From Eledone cirrhosa (lineage: Eukaryota), in NCBI GenBank assembly GCA_964016885.1, contig OZ024747.1, positions 11,470,001 to 11,534,000 on the forward strand: a DNA stretch of 64,000 nt, given 5' to 3'. The notes beneath the pieces were generated by a model. It searched no databases and was not told where the DNA came from. It worked only from the letters and a program-made list of their open reading frames with translations. Below are positions 58,001 through 64,000 of the stretch, piece by piece (position 1 is the stretch's first letter; every line of letters begins with the position of its first letter). Both the position numbers and the translations under genes were made by a program.

Positions 58001-61000
58001 CCATACTATATCCTATCCTCAGCTGGGTTTAAAATGACCAATACCCACCATACTATGTCCGATCCTCAGCTGGGTTTAAAATGACCAATACCCACCATAC
58101 TATGTCAGGGCCTCAGCTGGGTTTAAAATGACCAATACCCACCATACTATGTCCAATCCTCAGCTGGGTTTAAAATGACCAATACCCACCATACTATGTC
58201 CGATCCTCAGCTGGGTTTAAAATGACCAATACCCACCATACTATGTCTGATCCTCAGCTGGGTTTAAAATGACCAATACCCACCATACTATGTCCAATCC
58301 TCAGCTGGGTTTAAAATGACCAATACCCACCATACTATGTCTGATCCTCAGCTGGGTTTAAAATGACCAATATCCACCATAATATGTCCAATCCTCAGCT
58401 GGGTTTAAAATGACCAATACCCACCATACTATGTCTGATCCTCAGCTGGGTTTAAAATGACCAATATCCACCATACTATGTCAGGGCTTCAGCTGGGTTT
58501 AAAATGACCAATACCCACCATACTATGTCCGATCCTCAGCTGGGTTTAAAATGACCAAGACCCACCATACTATGTCTGATCCTCAGCTGGGTTTAAAATG
58601 ACCAATACCCACCATACTATGTCAGGGCCTCAGCTGGGTTTAAAATGACCAATACCCACCATACTATGTCCGATCCTCAGCTGGGTTTAAAATGACCAAT
58701 ACCCACCATACTATATCCTATCCTCAGCTGGGTTTAAAATGACCAATACCCACCATACTATGTCCGATCCTCAGCTGGGTTTAAAATGACCAATACCCAC
58801 CATACTATGTCCGATCCTCAGCTGGGTTTAAAATGACCAAGACCCACCATACTATGTCCGATCCTCAGCTGGGTTTAAAATGACCAATACCCACCATACT
58901 ATGTCCGATCCTCAGCTGGGTTTAAAATGACCAATACCCACCATACTATGTCAGGGCCTCAGCTGGGTTTAAAATGACCAATACCCACCATACTATGTCC
59001 AATCCTCAGCTGGGTTTAAAATGACCAATACCCACCATACTATGTCTGATCCTCAGCTGGGTTTAAAATGACCAATATCCACCATAATATGTCCAATCCT
59101 CAGCTGGGTTTAAAATGACCAATACCCACCATACTATGTCTGATCCTCAGCTGGGTTTAAAATGACCAATATCCACCATACTATGTCCAATCCTCAGCTG
59201 GGTTTAAAATGACCAATACCCACCATACTATGTCTGATCCTCAGCTGGGTTTAAAATGACCAATATCCACCATACTATGTCCAATCCTCAGCTGGGTTTA
59301 AAATGACCAATATCCACCATACTATATCCTATCCTCAGCTGGGTTTAAAATGACCAATACCCACCATACTATGTCCGATCCTCAGCTGGGTTTAAAATGA
59401 CCAATACCCACCATACTATGTCCGATCCTCAGCTGGGTTTAAAATGACCAATACCCACCATACTATATCCTATCCTCAGCTGGGTTTAAAATGACCAATA
59501 CCCACCATACTATGTCCGATCCTCAGCTGGGTTTAAAATGACCAATACCCACCATACTATGTCCGATCCTCAGCTGGGTTTAAAATGACCAATATCCACC
59601 ATACTATGTCCAATCCTCAGCTGGGTTTAAAATGACCAATACCCACCATACTATGTCTGATCCTCAGCTGGGTTTAAAATGACCAATATCCACCATACTA
59701 TGTCCAATCCTCAGCTGGGTTTAAAATGACCAATACCCACCATACTATGTCTGATCCTCAGCTGGGTTTAAAATGACCAATATCCACCATACTATGTCCA
59801 ATGCTCAGCTGGGTTTAAAATGACCAATACCCACCATACTATGTCTGATCCTCAGCTGGGTTTAAAATGACCAATATCCACCATACTATGTCCAATCCTC
59901 AGCTGGGTTTAAAATGACCAATACCCACCATACTATGTCTGATCCTCAGCTGGGTTTAAAATGACCAATATCCACCATACTATGTCCAATCCTCAGCTGG
60001 GTTTAAAATGACCAATATCCACCATACTATATCCTATCCTCAGCTGGGTTTAAAATGACCAATACCCACCATACTATGTCCGATCCTCAGCTGGGTTTAA
60101 AATGACCAATACCCACCATACTATGTCCGATCCTCAGCTGGGTTTAAAATGACCAATACCCACCATACTATGTCCTATCCTCAGCTGGGTTTAAAATGAC
60201 CAATATCCACCATACTATGTCCAATCCTCAGCTGGGTTTAAAATGACCAATACCCACCATACCATATCCTATCCTCAGCTGGGTTTAAAATGACCAATAC
60301 CCACCATACTATGTCCGATCCTCAGCTGGGTTTAAAATGACCAATACCCACCATACTATGTCCGATCCTCAGCTGGGTTTAAAATGACCAATACCCACCA
60401 TACTATTTCCTATCCTCAGCTGGGTTTAAAATGACCAATACCCACCATACTATGTCCGATCCTCAGCTGGGTTTAAAATGACCAATACCCACCATACTAT
60501 GTCCGATCCTCAGCTGGGTTTAAAATGACCAAGACCCACCATACTATGTCCAATCCTCAGCTGGGTTTAAAATGACCAAGACCCTCCATACTATGTCAGG
60601 GTCTCAGCTGGGTTTAAAATGACCAATACCCACCATACTATGTCCAATCCTCAGCTGGGTTTAAAATGACCAAGACCCACCATTCTATGTCCGATCCTCA
60701 GCTGGGTTTAAAATGACCAAGACCCACCATTCTATGTCCGATCCTCAGCTGGGTTTAAAATGACCAATACCCACCAAACTATGTCAGAGCCTCAGCTGGG
60801 TTTAAAATGACCAAGACCCACCATACTATGTCCGATCCTCAGCTGGGTTTAAAATGACCAAGACCCACCATACTATGTCCAATCCTCAGCTGGGTTTAAA
60901 ATGACCAAGACCCACCATACTATGTCCAATCCTCAGCTGGGTTTAAAATGACCAAGACCCACCATACTATGTCCAATCCTCAGCTGGGTTTAAAATGACC

Positions 61001-61768
61001 AATACCCACCATACTATGTCAGGGTCTCAGCTGGGTTTAAAATGACCAATACCCACCATACTATGTCCAATCCTCAGCTGGGTTTAAAATGACCAAGACC
61101 CACCATTCTATGTCCGATCCTCAGCTGGGTTTAAAATGACCAATACCCACCAAACTATGTCAGAGCCTCAGCTGGGTTTAAAATGACCAAGACCCACCAT
61201 ACTATGTCCGATCCTCAGCTGGGTTTAAAATGACCAAGACCCACCATACTATGTCCAATCCTCAGCTGGGTTTAAAATGACCAAGACCCACCATTCTATG
61301 TCCGATCCTCAGCTGGGTTTAAAATGACCAAGACCCTCCATACTATGTCAGGGTCTCAGCTGGGTTTAAAATGACCAATACCCACCATACTATGTCAGAG
61401 CCTCAGCCGGGTTTAAAATGACCAATACCGACCATACTATGTCCGATCCTCAGCTGGGTTTAAAATGACCAATACCCACCATACTATGTCCTATCCTCAG
61501 CTGGGTTTAAAATGACCAATACCCACCATACTATGTCAGAGCCTCAGCCGGGTTTAAAATGACCAATACCGACCATACTATGTCAGGGTCTCAGCTGGGT
61601 TTAAAATGACCAATACCCACCATACTATGTCCGATCCTCAGCTGGGTTTAAAATGACCAATACCGACCATACTATGTCCGATCCTCAGCTGGGTTTAAAA
61701 TGACCAATACCCACCATACTATGTCAGAGCCTCAGCCGGGTTTAAAATGACCAATACCCACCATACTA
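55056..61768. repeat. 6.7-kb satellite, 47-bp unit (~140 copies)
   Basis: cctcagctgggtttaaaatgaccaatacccaccatactatgt plus a variable 5-mer (ccgat/ctgat/ccaat/caggg/cagag/cctat). Confidence 0.98.
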
Positions 61769-61877
61769 TATATATATATATGTTATATATATATAACATA
61801 TATATAACATATATATATATATGTTATATATATATATAACATATATATATATAACATATATATATATATATATATAT

Positions 61878-61913
<36 letters not shown>

Positions 61914-61917
61914 ATAT

Positions 61918-62099
61918 TTCTCTCACCTCTTTCTGTTCAAACCAGCCATAACTGGCTGCTCATACTGATGTTAAGATATTGTTCTCAAAATAAATAATAC
62001 CATAATCTCATACATTCGATATTATCTGAGATAATTATGTGAGGTAAAGCTTTTATGTGAAAATATAATAGTATATATAGAGTAATGGTAAAGGGTTAA
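61918..62099 (+). mobile_element. Same MITE family, left end replaced by a (TA)-rich tract
   Basis: Matches 17730-17915 and ends aaagggttaa. Confidence 0.75.
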
Positions 62100-62445
62100 A
62101 TGTAGGAGTAACTTTAAAGAAATAACTATTTACAGGGACAATTGTAGGGTTAGAACCCAGGACCCTGTGACTGGAAAACAACTTTCGTACTGTAGCAACA
62201 CGACTAAGATAGGAAATACATTGTGTGTATGTGTGCTTATATGTTTCTGTGTGTAAATGTTAGATTTACACAGAGAAACTTTTAATAAATATACAAACAC
62301 AGGCAGTGTATTATTATTATGGTTGCTAAAACAATTGTGTCTATTGTTGAAATAGTTTCTGTAGCTTGAAAAACGAGCTAACTATGGAGAAACAAATCTA
62401 CACACAGACAGGCTCTAGTTTTGTTCATATTGTATTTTAATTGGG

Positions 62446-63518
62446 TATGGCGGCCTTGGCCTCCGGTCCCCGATCTCACTAGCTTTGCCGGCGTATCTTT
62501 TGTCGGTAACCTCGTGCCACGTCCTCGTCAGCAGGGTTCTTCAAAACACAACAGAACCCTCTGTGTTCAGAGAACGTGAGGCCGCCTGTTAGACGTGGGA
62601 CCAGCTGGGACTTAGTCCAGTAGACGTCCCTCCGCCTTCTCCCCCTGTTGACGTCAAGTCCCCCCAATGCACTTTGGATGCCATCCAGTGCAGCCTGGCC
62701 TCAGACAGGCTCACGCACCAGCTCGACCAGCACCGCCTTGCTTGTTTTCGTGTGGCCTCCAAACCCCACAGTGGTGCCTGGCTCCATGCCCTGCCCTCCT
62801 TCTCCACTGGCACGCAGCTAGACAACCATAGCCTGCGAATCGGCGTTTCCCAGAGGTTCGGCCCCCGGATCTGCCAGCCACACCAATGTCGCTGCGGTTC
62901 CACCATGGACTCTTTTGGCCTCCACACGCTTTCCTGTTGCCACAGTGCCGGCCGCATTCCACGCCATGTTGCCCTCAACGAGGTCATTAAGCATGGCTTG
63001 GACGCTGCAGGCTTCCCTTCCCAGCTCGAGCCTGTAGGGCTGGATCGAGGGACGGCAAAATGCCAGATGGCATGACCATCTTCCCGTTCCGCGGTGGCAA
63101 ACCCCTTGTCTGGGATGCCACTTGCACCGACACAACCTGGTGCAGTTTGTGACTGACCCAGGTTCTGCTGCACGTCGGGCTGAGGGGGCCAAACTCCTCA
63201 AATACCGGTCGCTCTCCGACAGGTTTGCGGTCGTTCCCCTGGCAGTGGCAGTGGAGACTTCTGGTGTCCTCGGCCCCAGAGCTACCTCCTTACTCACCAC
63301 CATAGGCGCTGAGCTGGCCAGCCGTAGGTGTGAGTCCCGCGAGTTGGAGTGGCTTTTCCAGCGCGTCTCCCTTGCCGTCCTCCGGGGAAACGTCTTCTCC
63401 ATTCTGTCCGCTGGGGCTGTGGGGGGGGGGGGGATCGCGTACCAATACATTAGTTAAATACCATTCTTTCATCTGATACAACACAATAAAGACTAAAGTG
63501 TTTAAAAAAAAAAAAAAA
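62446..63518 (+). mobile_element. 5'-truncated CRE-clade non-LTR retrotransposon (zinc knuckle + restriction-like endonuclease), frameshifted
   Basis: [74 protein letters not shown] at ~63485, poly(A) at 63504-63518, flanking AATTGGG repeat. Confidence 0.85.
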
Positions 63519-63821
63519 TTGGGAGAGCAGGAGGGTCGGGGGAAGAGGATTTCAAAAGAAATATAACAGTGGAAAAGAATGAGAGCATTAATGATTTCAT
63601 TACCATATATCAACTGAAACACATTGTTTATGTTTTGAAAAATAACCAAGGAATTGGGCAGGGGCATTTAATAAAATAAACAACTTACATATTATTAAGC
63701 TGCTGTTTGGAACAAAGGTTCTTACATAAAATTATGATGAATGGTTTTTTTTAAAAATAAATGTAAACACTTAAAAATAAGCAGTTTTGTATTTAAGAAC
63801 TAGGAGTGTTTGGAACATAAT

Positions 63822-64000
63822 TTAACCCTTTAGTATTAAAACCGGTCATATCTGGCCAGAACTCTCTTACCTCTTTGTGTTTAAACCAGCCGTAACTGGC
63901 TGGTCATACTTATGTTAAGGTATTGTTCTCAAAATAAATATCAAAATTTCATAGATTCGATATTATGTAAGATAAAGTGTTTACCATGAAAATACAATAG
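63822..64000 (+). mobile_element. Same MITE family, runs off the window end
   Basis: Starts ttaaccctttagta; body matches 17691-17880. Confidence 0.75.

Noticed and set aside
55056-61768. CRISPR-like array, or a hammerhead-bearing satellite (CUGAGGA on the minus strand)
   Set aside because: The variable part is only ~5 nt and is reused, there are no cas genes and the context is eukaryotic. No GAAA or stems accompany the CUGAGGA.

Overview
AT-rich, repeat-dominated animal genomic DNA. The tRNA-derived SINEs, RTE LINEs with (ATG)n tails and very long (TA)n/(TG)n tracts suggest a cephalopod such as Octopus (inference). Most long ORFs in the track are artefacts of micro- and minisatellites. The likely host content is one minus-strand gene with very large introns. 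Phase-compatible exons at 52345-52435, 26923-26997 and 5587-6329, plus a possible alternative first exon at 18261-18288, encode a protein with an AKAP2/MISP-like 'IEREIR..LEREESL' motif. Introns and flanks hold two RTE families, an RTE-X-like fragment with a 5' inversion, a CRE-type LINE with TSD, a Penelope GIY-YIG fragment, a non-autonomous Helitron, TTAA-ended MITEs, several SINE families and many minisatellites. The most unusual signal is a set of short, non-coding, hammerhead-ribozyme-like fold-back units and other inverted duplications, each bounded by (TA)n tracts.
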